Part shown: positions 1-12,720 of the stretch, piece by piece
Layout of the letters: every line of letters starts with the position of its first letter
Position numbering within the stretch: position 1 is the stretch's first letter
Assembly (NCBI GenBank): GCA_012295275.1
Contig: CM022679.1
Span: 27,280,001 to 27,344,000, forward strand
Source of the DNA: Chrysomallon squamiferum
Taxonomy: Eukaryota > Animalia > Mollusca
DNA length: 64,000 bases
Direction: 5' to 3'
Translations under genes and position numbers: made by a program
The notes under the pieces: generated by a model
Databases searched by the model: none
Seen by the model: only the letters and a program-made list of their open reading frames with translations
What the model was told of the DNA's origin: nothing

Positions 1-206
1 ATAAATACGTCAATATTTTTCACTTTTATTCTTCCTGTTTTATTTGTTCATTCGTTCATTATTTATTCTTCATAAAAAATCAATTCTTCTACATTTCTTA
101 TTTATTTGTTTGTTTGTTTGTTTATTTTAGAGAGTTTTATTTGTTTTTTATTTATTTGTTTATTTGTTTATTATGATGATGATGATGATGATGATTATTA
201 TTATTA

Positions 207-257
<51 letters not shown>

Positions 258-359
258 CTATTTATCTATCTATATCTATCTATTTATTTATTTGTTTATT
301 TTGTTAATTTTAATATATTTTTTTTTTATGGAAACCAGATATTTTCTGCAAACTGTTAC

Positions 360-442
<83 letters not shown>

Positions 443-1029
443 TCTATATCTATATATTTATTTATTTGTTTATTTTGTTAATTTTAATATATTTATTTTT
501 TTATGGAAAAAAATATTTTCTGTTTATAATATTTTTGTTACTTATTTTAACATCTAGAGTGTATTAATCTGCACGCATGCGTATATTTAAATTTACTTTA
601 AATTTTGAACACATTTGTTTGCTGTAATGTCAGTGTACATTAATGTTCAGTTCAGAATCGTAAAATATCAACATCCTCACTGTGTTATCGTTTATTTATA
701 AACCTGGTCTGTTTGTATAAAATTATAATGTCACTTTTTTCTACACTAACTTAACCTGAGAGTACAATAAAGAAAAAGAAAAAGAATTTGAGCTAAAGAC
801 AGAAAAAGGATAAAAAAAAAAAAAAAAAATCATTCAAATTCCAAACATGTTTTTCTTAGGAAGGGTAAGGGTCAAAAAACAACAGTTTAGTTTTATTTAT
901 CGCGCATTTTCTCTTCGAAGTTTATTTTTAATTTCGACCTGTTCTCACACTCGGCCAGAAATTCAATCTGCCCTCTGCATGCTCTCACATTTGGCTCCGT
1001 CGCTCTTTTCTGTGAATCTACGGAAGCAC

Positions 1030-1420
1030 AAACCGACTTAATCCCAGGGATTATCACACAAAACATGCTGATTTATTGCATCCGACTGTTTGATTGGCTT
1101 TGCAATTGGATCTGGTTTCGCTACGCCGAATCGGACCAATCGGCGAGCGCCTCTTTCTCTCCGCTGTCTTTCCACCCTATCTCCGAGCGCATCGCACTCC
1201 ATCACTCAAGACAAAGATAACAAGTGCGGTTGTTCGCCGCTAGAGGCGTCTTCAAGCTTGTTTTACATCAACGCAGAGATACAACAATTACTCTCGCCGG
1301 CCAGATAGCAAAACGAAGACCAATTCCGATGTCCATGGCCAGAGGCAAGAATGTTGAGAAATAACGTAACTCCTTTCCCCTTGATTTCCCACCCCGGCGG
1401 GAAGTCCATGCTTGACCAGT
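1030..1420. promoter_or_regulatory. CpG-rich promoter-like island with CCAAT boxes; target gene not identified
   Basis: Locally GC/CpG-rich in an AT-rich background. ATTGG at ~1094 and ~1105, CCAAT at ~1136. No convincing ORF. Confidence 0.35.
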
Positions 1421-2632
1421 TGTTAGGCTAAGTCTGACTTGAATGAAAGCATCAAATGTTCGTTATTTAAAAAGAACCCACAGCAGGTAGTCCGATAGGT
1501 TTGAACAAAAAAAAAAAAAGAAGAAGAAACCCAGTAATAAAATAAAAAAAAATATTCGCCTAACGAAACGAGCGAACTTAATATGATTGCTTGTCAAAGC
1601 TGTTGATCGCACCAGAAAAGGTGTAATGCTTTCTGATGCAATTTGTGATTGAGCACTTTCGTTTAAGGGTTTAATTCACTCGTGTGCGAGGCTGCGGAGA
1701 ATTGCGATTTTTTCCCTAATCTGCACTTGATCCTCGACTACGAGGGCAATTGAAACGGCTGGTAGCGGGTCGCGATTACGGTTCCCAGACACATCAAGTG
1801 GCTGAGGTTAGCAGTACATTTCTGTAATCAACCCAGTGTGACGTACTTCTCATAGCTGCCCGTATAGTCATTTTTATTTATTCCTTAACGAGGATAAAGA
1901 GAACAATCATTATCATTATTAGCGTCATTTTTTTTATACTAATCTTCGTTATTATTTATTTATTTACTACGTTATTATTATTAATCACAACGATGATGAT
2001 GATTATGATTATCTTCGTCGTTTCACTTTTCTTAATTATTATTTATACCTGTCTGTCTACCTATCGATCTGTTTTCTTATGTACCATTCTACCAATATGT
2101 GTGTCTGTCTGTCTGTGTCTACTTCAATAAAACTCGTATCTACCAGTATAATTATTTTAATTTATTTTTCATGAGGATAACAAATTATAATAATTAGCAT
2201 CGTTATCGTGATCGTTATTATTTACTTACTGATCATTATCATTATCATGACCAACATCATCTCCATCGTTTTTCTTATCATTAGCTTTATTATTATTTAT
2301 TTGTCTGTCAGTCTGTGCTTATGTCTACCTATCTACCAGTCTATAAATCTGTATGTTTGTCTGTTTGTGTAAATACTTAATTATTTTTAAATGCATACAG
2401 GGCCAAATGTAATTATAACATTATAAAATAAATCAACACATTCAGAATCGAACATTCTTATAAAGATGTATGATATTTAATATTTGATATATATTTATTT
2501 CGTTGGTTGTTTATTATTGATTTCTTTTCATTTACTACTTTTATTATTATTTTGTTTTAAATTTTCTTTCATTACATCTTCAGTAGACACTTTTGTTCTC
2601 TCCTGTTTTGGTTGTTACATATTTCAATCGTT

Positions 2633-2671
<39 letters not shown>

Positions 2672-3228
2672 ATCGGTCTAAATAGATAATCACCCATACA
2701 TACAATTAAAGAAACAAAAACATATCTGCAATAAAAACAAATCAAAATTCGCGCGCGTTCTCGTTTTTATCAATGATCGTGTCGTCTGCTTTTTAATCTG
2801 GAAAACACGTCTGCCCGTTTTAGGTGTGAAAACGACCGGTAACCGAGCTGTTCTCATTACTGGCTCGATTCGCACGTGGGAGGACGGTGACTGTTGTAAC
2901 ACGACTGTGGATCAGACGACTTTCACTGCTGCTGCGTTAAGCTTGTTTGGAAAGAACCAGACGGCGGGAAGCCGGGTTTACGATCAGGCGGCAGTTAACG
3001 AATAAACGAAAGTAATGATTGGTCAGGATTAGAAATTATTTCATAGGGTGTGAGTCGAACATTTAATAGATTTATATATTTCTTAAGATATCCTGGAGGA
3101 TGAAATTAAAATAAAAACTATATATATATATTATGTTAAGAATAGTTAAAAATAATAATTCCGAACTTTAAATGTATTAATAACCATTATTGATTTCAAC
3201 ATTTTATTATGAATTGTCTTTGTTATTA

Positions 3229-3294
<66 letters not shown>

Positions 3295-4047
3295 CACACA
3301 CACACAAATACTATTGTTTTTCTTCAAAAAATAAAAGAAAATAAATTAAAAACATAGGTCAAATTTATATATAATAATAATAATAATAATAAACGAGAAA
3401 ATCTTAACCAGATTTAATACTTTAGACAACATGAATTTCACCAATTACAGTGATAATCACCTACACACATTTTTCTGTGAAATCTTGTACAATTCATTAC
3501 CACGCGTTCAATCAGATCGTCTGGTGGCTAACGTCTGGCTGTTAGTGGTGTGAAAACGAACAAGCAGAAGTCTGATAACTTGTAAACATAATCTGTGATT
3601 GTTAGGAAAGGCTTTGGACAAGGTTTCCGTAAATCACTGCATCTGAGAAAAGATTTACTGTTTTGTGAGAATTTTACACCCTCGCAGACGAATATTTCAA
3701 AATGGCGGATATGGTTGGTTGGTGTTACGTCATATCTTAATGTGATTATTGTCCTTTTTTTTTTCTTTCTTTTATTATTATTATTATTGTTGTTGTTGTT
3801 GGGGTTTTTTTTGTTTTTTCTTGGACCTATTTGTTTATTATCATCATCATCATCATCATCAACATGATCAACAACATCATCATCATTATTTCATTTCGTC
3901 TATCATTATTATTATCATGATTATTTTTATTATTATCATCATTTATTGTTGTTGCTGTTACTGATGTTGTTATTACTGTTTTTGTTGTTGCTGGTGTCAT
4001 TATTATTATTGTTATTATCTTACTATAATTCTGTGTTTGATTTTCGG

Positions 4048-4085
<38 letters not shown>

Positions 4086-4988
4086 TAATTAATAAGTAAA
4101 ATAAAATATAAAAAGAGTTTTCGCAAATTTTTCAATATTTCACACTATATCAAACTAAGCTAACATTAACAGGCTTAAAACATAATTATATTAAATATTC
4201 TAACAGATGTTAACTATTTATTAAAAATGTATTATTTATTTATTTCTTTATTTATTATAATAATTATTATTGTTGTTGTTGCTGTTATTTATTATCATCA
4301 CTACTACTACTACTAATCATACTACTATTACTTTACTTACTTATTTAACATTTTTATTTTACATAAAGAGAGTTTAACAAATATTTTGATTATATATATA
4401 TATATATATGGCATGAACATTTTTTTTTGACATCCCAGACATGAACTTTCTTTATTGAAGTATTGGATCATTGAGTACAAAACGCGCCTGCAAATTTTTT
4501 TTTTGTCAGCCTCGAAGTGATTTGACCGTACAGCTCAGCACGGCCTTCCCCTTCATCTCTGAATCGACATTAAAGGACACCCGAGTGAAGAGATTATGTG
4601 GATTATCGGGCATTGTCCAGCAAGACGATCTTCCAGCGGAGTCCTAATCCAGCCCCACATTCGTATGAAAAGATCGCGGGAAGGACCGCGGTGTAGATTT
4701 TTTTTTTTTTCTACCAAACAGAACCTGGACATGCTTTCTGCGTGACTCTCGCCTTATTTATATCTCTAAACGTCTGCCTAATAGGCGCGTCTCTCCATCA
4801 GTGACAGAGAACCGGGAACGTATCCTATAGCAGTCTGCTTTGAAAACGCAGATCTACATTAACACTGTTCGACACAGGAGGCGGTGGTGTCCCAGGTGAC
4901 TTTATTAAGAGAAAAACACGTTTGTGGTGTGTGGACTGAAAAAAAAAGTCAGTGATATGTGACTAATGTTCGTTGTGACTTCATCTCG

Positions 4989-5031
<43 letters not shown>

Positions 5032-5099
5032 ACACGCGCGTATATTATACGATGTCGATTTTTTGACTAGAAAAATGTATAAAATATTTTGAGAAAAAT

Positions 5100-5550
5100 A
5101 TTCTGGTGTTTATATAATATATTAAGTTATTTTAATTTGAAATTTCCGTAGATAATATAATAATAAAATATTCTAGTCTGTCCAGTATCGTTAAAAATTT
5201 AATATTTTATTGCGAAGCTACTATAATATAATTAAAAAAATATTATGGTCTGCATAATATCCTTAAATATTAAATTGTTTAATGTGAATTTCCTATATAT
5301 AATATAATAATTATCTAGTCTGTACAGGATAATTAAAAAATATTATGGTCTGTATAATATCCTTAAATATTAAATTGTTTAATGTTAATTTCCTATGTAT
5401 AATATAATAATTATCTAGTCTGTACAGTATCTTTTGATATTAAATACTTTAATTTGAAGTTCCTATGGATAATATAATAATAAAATATTCTTGTCTTTAT
5501 ATTATCATTAAATATTAAATATTTTAATTTGAAGCTTCTATGGATAAGAA
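5100..5550. repeat. Degenerate AT-rich tandem repeat
   Basis: Recurring blocks 'ctagtctgtacag', 'aaatattaaattgtttaatgt' and 'tcctat..ataatataataa', with near-identical copies at ~5230-5330 and ~5330-5430. Confidence 0.7.
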
Positions 5551-5724
5551 CAATAATGAAGAACAATTGTTATGTTTGTTTTGTTTTTTAACCCTTTAAT
5601 TCAAATTCCGCGTTAAAGTAAAATCATTAATATATTAGAGTTTGATAGTTACGTTATATTTATAAATATAGTTATTTCTTCTTATTATTCTTTTTATTTT
5701 ATTTTATTTTATATATTTTTTTTA

Positions 5725-5764
<40 letters not shown>

Positions 5765-5832
5765 TATTTTTTATTTTTTCACGTTTTTTTATTTTTATTC
5801 TTTTATATTTATATGTTTTATTTTATTTATCG

Positions 5833-5891
<59 letters not shown>

Positions 5892-6179
5892 TTATCGATA
5901 ACTTTTATCTAGAGAATCTGTGTATACAAATAACTACATAATTTATTATTATGAAATTGTCTGTGCCACTTTTGCTAATTAAATTTAAATCTCTAGATTA
6001 GCCACTAAGTAAACACACGAGGCGTTTAAGCCAGTGCGCTATAAGAACAATATGTGTAATCAGGTTTTTGTGCAAGTGTTTATTTACGTGTTGTAAGTAT
6101 AATGTATATAGTTAAAGTTTTACCGTACAATTATAGACCCGTGGGAATGTGTTGTTCAGTTAAGTATGTCTAGATATTT

Positions 6180-6238
<59 letters not shown>

Positions 6239-8053
6239 ATCTCTCTCTCATGCATATTTACACACACACATGTACACACGTACATACAAATAAAAATCCA
6301 TACAGATTTAGGCATATGCACAAAACAAAAAACTACACGCACACACACATATATAGACACATACATGTACATTTGATCGTGTACATATATACATATATAC
6401 GTACAAATTCACATACATACATACATACACATACACTCATACATATATATATATATACATATACATATACACACAGCAGTAGTACTGATAGTAGTAGCAG
6501 TAATATAGTAGTAGTAATAGTAATAGTCGTCTTATTGTTCTTGTTGTAATAATAGTTGTATCTGTAATATTGCTAGCAGGAGACTCAGTTTGTGACAAAA
6601 ACAATAGCTCTAACAACTTACAAACTTTCGAAAATCGAAAATACAAACAAACCCCAAAACAACAGCTATAAAATCAAAGTGAGCAGTCCATAAAAGAATT
6701 TTTACAAATTGAACACGTCACGTATTTGTATAGCGCTGAGACGCATATTAGCGTATTTTAGATTTGTATCTGTGATAAATGATATGTTAGGAATTGTCGC
6801 GTGTTTGCCGCTCTTCAAGGTCAAAACGACTTCAAAGACAGCCTGGCTTTAGAGGTGATTATGACAAGATCTGCTTAATACCATAATTTAAGACTACGTG
6901 ACGATAAACTGACAATAAAGGGAGCTGTGAAAAGCAAGTATGTCAGCGCAGTAGTATAAAACATCTCGTAGTAATAAAACAGTTTATAAAAACACAATCC
7001 AGTGTTATTTAATACCCGTTCACTGTTAGCCTTAGACGTAAAAAAAAAATATTTCGCGTTGTCAAAAGCAGATACTGTTAAATTAATACTGGTAGCGAAG
7101 AAGAAGAGTGCGACGATGTTGATGGTGGCAGTGATGATGATGATGATGATGATGGCAGTGATGATGATGATGATGATGACGACGACGATGATGGTAATGA
7201 TAATGATGGCGATAATTTAAAAGTAAGGTAGGTATTTTAATGAATATAAAATTTATCATTTTCAAATACTATTTTCGTAAATTTTTTTTTTTTTTTTTTT
7301 TTTTCATTGATAACAAACATCACAATTTCTGATATATATATATATATATATGTATGGAGAGAGAGAAATACTTATGTATTTATTTATATTTCATTATCTA
7401 TCTATCTATGATAAACGGATATAAGATACATTTTTGACCAAGACATTTTATAAAGTGCTGGAGTTAAAAACATTCAATATGTTTGAAGAATGAAAGTAAA
7501 AGGCAGGCTCCATGTCAGATAATATATACATGCAACTAAACAAAACAAAAAATCAAACACAAACAACAACAACCACCACAACAAAAAGCATAAAATAACA
7601 CACGCAGCCGCTATGCAGAAATCAGAGAGAATATATAAAAAGAAAAATATAGATAACGAAACAAAAATAAAATATATATACTCAAAATACAATAATTAAC
7701 GGATCGAACTTTATTCTGAAAAGAGATCAAAAATTAAACCGTCATACACTGGATTGTATGCGCTTTATCAAAGAAGTAAACCTCTCAGAGTTACGTCCCT
7801 TGTTTACTGCTCGTGTTTGATACAAACAACAATGTGCTACTAATACTAACATAAAATACTTGGACATTTTCTTTTTCTTTCTTTTCTCTCTTTCTTTCCT
7901 ACTACCCCCCACCCCCAAATCATTCCATCGAATAATTTCCCGTTCCAACCATGTGCGTCATCTCTAATTTACCGTGGAACATTGGTATATAAAAAGTGAC
8001 CACTTTATGCTGCAAGCGGTAAGATTGGGTTCATGTATTATCATACTCATCAC

Positions 8054-8088
<35 letters not shown>

Positions 8089-8165
8089 CCATCTTCAGAT
8101 ATAAAAACAAAAGATAAACCTGGATGTTTGTATTATAAGCTCGATAAATGAGGGTGTGGAGAGAA

Positions 8166-8207
<42 letters not shown>

Positions 8208-8868
8208 ATTTTTTAAAAAGAAAAAGAAAAGGAAATAAAAAGAAGGAAATAATTAGTAAATCTTAAATTACTTGCGTGCTGGTATTAACAAACTGAATAT
8301 TTCAACTGGACGATTAAACATAATTATCAGCCTGTAGGTATGTACGTCTGTAAGTTTGTTATATTTGCTACCCTTCTTTGAAATATTTCAAACAAAAATA
8401 ACATATACAGGCATAAAAAAAAAAAAAAAATAAAAATAACGTAAAATAAAAAAAAAAATAAAAAAAAAAATAAAATAAATAATAAAATAAATAAATAAAT
8501 AAACGATAAATAAATAAATTAAAAACAGTTAAATTAGAATATAAATGAAGTAATACAATATATATGTATTCACCAACACCCGTATAATATTACGTCATTT
8601 ATATATATATATAAAGTATTCATTATGTGAGCACAAAACAACAAATTCTTTTAAATGTTCATAATTATATCTTTATTTGATATATTAATCATTTTATTAT
8701 TCAGTATTTCTTATCATTGTTTCTTCATCATCATCATCATCATGATCTGTCTTTGAAATTTTTTCATTTATTTATTTATTTATTTATTTATTAATTTATT
8801 TATTTTTTTTTTTTTTTATTGACCATAACGTCCGATATCAGTGCATGGTTACGGATATTCGTGGATGG

Positions 8869-9763
8869 TTACAGATTTCCATGGTGATTACGTACTCCAG
8901 CGTGACAGCCATAACAGTACAACTCCTTCTCCATGTTCGGTGGTGGTTGGGGTAGCTGCTGGCCCATCACGACCGCACCGGGGGGCGAAGAGCTTGTGAA
9001 AACACCCCCGGGACCAGACGATACGGCGCTTGCTGCTGCACCAGGCCCCGAGATTAACGTCTGCGCGTAACCAGGCCCAGACGACGCGGTTGACGACGAT
9101 GACGTCACGGAATGAGACTGGGTGTGGTGACCTCCATTCGACATGACGTGAAAGGTTTGGGTCATCCCCTGGGGTCCGGCTTGTGTGAAGTGAAAGCTAC
9201 CAACGTTGTTTCTTTCCAGATACTGAAATAATAATAATAAGAAGAAGAAGAAGAAGAAAAAAAATTACTACTAGTTGTAGTAGTAGTAGTAGTCAAAGTA
9301 GTCGTAATGGTGGTTGTTAATGTAGTAAAAACTGTTGTTTTATTATTAGTAGTAGTTGTTGTAACAGCATAGAAAGTACTCGTTGTAGCTGTTGTTGTAT
9401 TGTTATTATTTTTTGTTGCTTTGGTAGATGTTTTTCATTATCACGTGATAGTTGTTGCTACTGTAGTTGTTGCTGTTGTTGTTGTAAAACGAATGAAAAT
9501 TTACCTCAGAAACTTGTCTGCTTTTGGCATTGCCGCATCTGACTTGGTTAACGAAGGTTTCGCAGTTGTTGTTGAAGTAGTTGTATGATCTGTCACCCAG
9601 TCGTGTACGCGCCATGCTGAGGATGCCTTCTGTCATGAAGGGTCTATTAAACAGTCAAAAAAATAAATTAAATAAATTAATTAATTAATTAATTAATTAA
9701 AAACTATATATAAAAAATTAATTAATTAATTAATTAATTAAAATTAATTAATTAATTAATTAA

Positions 9764-9810
<47 letters not shown>

Positions 9811-10286
9811 AAATGCAAAAATAAATATAAATAAAAAAAAATAAATAAAAAAAAATATATATATATATAAAAAAAATAATAAAAATAAATAAATAAAATA
9901 AAAATAAATAAATAAATAAAAATAAAAAATATAAAAAAATAAATAAAAATAAAAATAAAATAAAATAAAATAAAATAAAATAAACTGCAGAAAAAAGTTT
10001 CAAGATACAAAATAAAAAAAAAAAAATGATGTAAATATAGAAAATATGTTTACGTCATTTGCATAAAACAAAAACTATTTTTTTAGAATTTGTGCGTAAT
10101 ATAGAGAAATGCCATTTATAACAGAACTGTAAATGCTTCCATAAAACGACCACCCGATTAAACCGACCTCTGAATCGCATCCATGGAGTTGTCTTTGTAG
10201 AACGGATTCTCGTTCGCGACTTCGAGTAGATTTTGTTCCACAACGCCTTTGGCCGTCATGTGAATTACTGCACCATTTCCTTGAAA

Positions 10287-10321
<35 letters not shown>

Positions 10322-10523
10322 ATGAATAAATAAATAAATAAATAATGATGCAGAATGAAACTGCAAAATCGGAGAAAACTTTACTGACGTTTTAGATATA
10401 AAAAATATTTTTTTTATAATTTTTACAAAAATTTAAAATTACAGGGTGATGGTATCGCCATTAATATAATAATAATGAATGATGATGATGATGATGATGA
10501 TGATGGTGATGATGATAATGATG

Positions 10524-10560
<37 letters not shown>

Positions 10561-11215
10561 GAAGAAGAAGAAGATTTAAATATATTAAACCTTTTTCGTA
10601 AATACATTAAGGTTTATTTATTTATTTATTTTTTAATTATTGTTTTTATTATTATTATTATTATAATTATTATTATTATATTTTACTTACCAACATAAAC
10701 AGCCCAGTGAGAAAAAGGTCCGCAGTCGAAACGAACTGCGTCCGCTGGCTGAAGTACACACCCACTGGAATCCACACCCACTATAGGTGCCTGTGGGTCA
10801 GGCTGGGCAACACATTGTGTAAACATAATCAACAATATTGTTAAAATACATTCCAGAATGAGTGTTAAGAAAAATTATTGAAATAATTAAAATTTTATGA
10901 AAAATTAAAAAGTATAAATTTATATTAAAAAATTAATATTTAAAAAATATTAATACAAAATACGCCATAAAAATAAGAAGTATTATGACAACGATAAAGA
11001 CGACAACAACAATAACAAAATAAACATTTTTTTTTTATATATATATATAAAAGAATCAACATACTCGTTGTTCGGCATTACTCGGTGTTTTTCCGTATCT
11101 ACACCAGATTACAAACCCGTGACCTCCGTCATCTAACTGAGTGACAGGCGGCTCCTTACCCACGTGACCAAGTGCACGTTCCACAATTTCATATGCTTTT
11201 CTTGGCCTATTGACG

Positions 11216-11273
<58 letters not shown>

Positions 11274-11554
11274 CAATAACAATAACAACGAAGATGATGA
11301 AGACGAAGACGACAAATAAAAGTAATAATTATGACAACAACAATAACAACAAATAATAATAATAACAAAAATGATGACAACAACGAATAATAATGATGAT
11401 AATGACAACAACTACAACAACAACAACAAAATAATTTTAATAATAATAAGAATAAATTGTATGCAAACCACTTGAATGCAAACTGATATTTACAACATTA
11501 TAATCTGTTACTTTTAATTCTGTATGTTTGTGGTGTATTTGTGCGCACACCCGA

Positions 11555-11585
<31 letters not shown>

Positions 11586-12038
11586 AACAAACACAAACAC
11601 ACACACAAACACACACACATATAATGTAAATAACATACTCCTTATCGTTATCCAGAATATTTTTTTTCTGTAAGTCGGTCTCTACTACCTCATCAAGTGT
11701 CATTTCGCGCACGCCAATGGGTGTTGAAAACACTACATGTTGATTTCCTGTAAAAACAAAACAAAAAAAAAACGACAACGACGACGATGATGATAATAAG
11801 ATCACGACCACGTCTTTTATTTATTTATTTATTTATTTACTGGATGTTATTTATTGATTAAGTTTAACAAACAAATAAGAAATCCGCTATGTGTCGTTAT
11901 ACTGACAATAATGATGACGTCATAATGATGTAACTAACCCACGTAGATGGCCCATTGTTTTGCTGCAGTTTCCACGTTGACGAAAGTGATGATGTCACCC
12001 TTGGCGACAAAATTTCCTTGTGAATCTTGTACCTGCAT
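8869..12038 (-). CDS. Tandem LRAT/PLAAT (HRASLS-like, permuted NlpC/P60) domain protein with a Ser/Gly/Pro-rich C-terminal tail, 351 aa
   Basis: Coding exons 12038-11939, 11747-11639, 11206-11065, 10790-10691, 10279-10168, 9643-9505 and 9222-8869 are all GT-AG and phase-consistent (1056 nt). A non-coding exon ends at 12430 and supplies an in-frame upstream stop. Domain 2 has HWAVYVG, VIH and YNYFNNNCETFVNQVRCG, the LRAT H-box and NC motif. Domain 1 has QWAIYVG and IVERALGHVG...GGHGFVIWCRYG. Confidence 0.9.
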
Positions 12039-12099
12039 TCTGAAAATATCAAATAAGACATAAAAATAAGTTTGTTTCATCACACTTTGCCATATATTA

Positions 12100-12139
<40 letters not shown>

Positions 12140-12198
12140 TAAACGGTACTAATTGTTTATTTATTTGTTGTGTCTCTAATAATAACAACAACATCAAC

Positions 12199-12231
<33 letters not shown>

Positions 12232-12350
12232 CTGATACTAGTTATTAACAGGAATGAGTTTGGGTTAACATATGCATAACATCGAGAAATGTTGGAATGA
12301 GAAAGTAAAATATAAAAATGGGTCCTTTAAAGCGGTAATATTTAAATATC

Positions 12351-12418
<68 letters not shown>

Positions 12419-12429
12419 ACAAAATGTAC

Positions 12430-12720
12430 CTACTTCAAGCGTACGATAAAGCCAAAACGACGGACTAGCTTTCAAAACGTAAATTTCTCTCGTTCTCCGA
12501 ATAAGATTTGAATCTCCGGAAATTAACACATATTTTCGTGAAGCAAAAATAGCAGACGTATTTTTCAGTTTTCCGATAAACTACTCATGATTCAAAGGAA
12601 TTCCCAGGATGAAAATACTGCCTGCATGAACACGTAAGTTAATCTGACACTGTGCTCAAATCTATCGACTGACTTGTCCATGTAATTTCTAAGGAAATGG
12701 GATTTCCCCGGGAATAAATA
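12430..12720 (-). promoter_or_regulatory. Non-coding first exon and promoter of the LRAT gene, with kB-like and STAT-like sites
   Basis: GGGATTTCCC at 12699-12708, GGAATTCCC at 12597-12605, TTCAAAGGAA at 12591-12600, TTCTAAGGAA at 12687-12696. Donor AG|GTACAT at 12430. Confidence 0.5.

Noticed and set aside
106-567. Poly-I/L/Y/ER/CV/HT ORFs in the track (this one and dozens of others)
   Set aside because: They are translations of single-motif microsatellites with no codon mixing or splice support.
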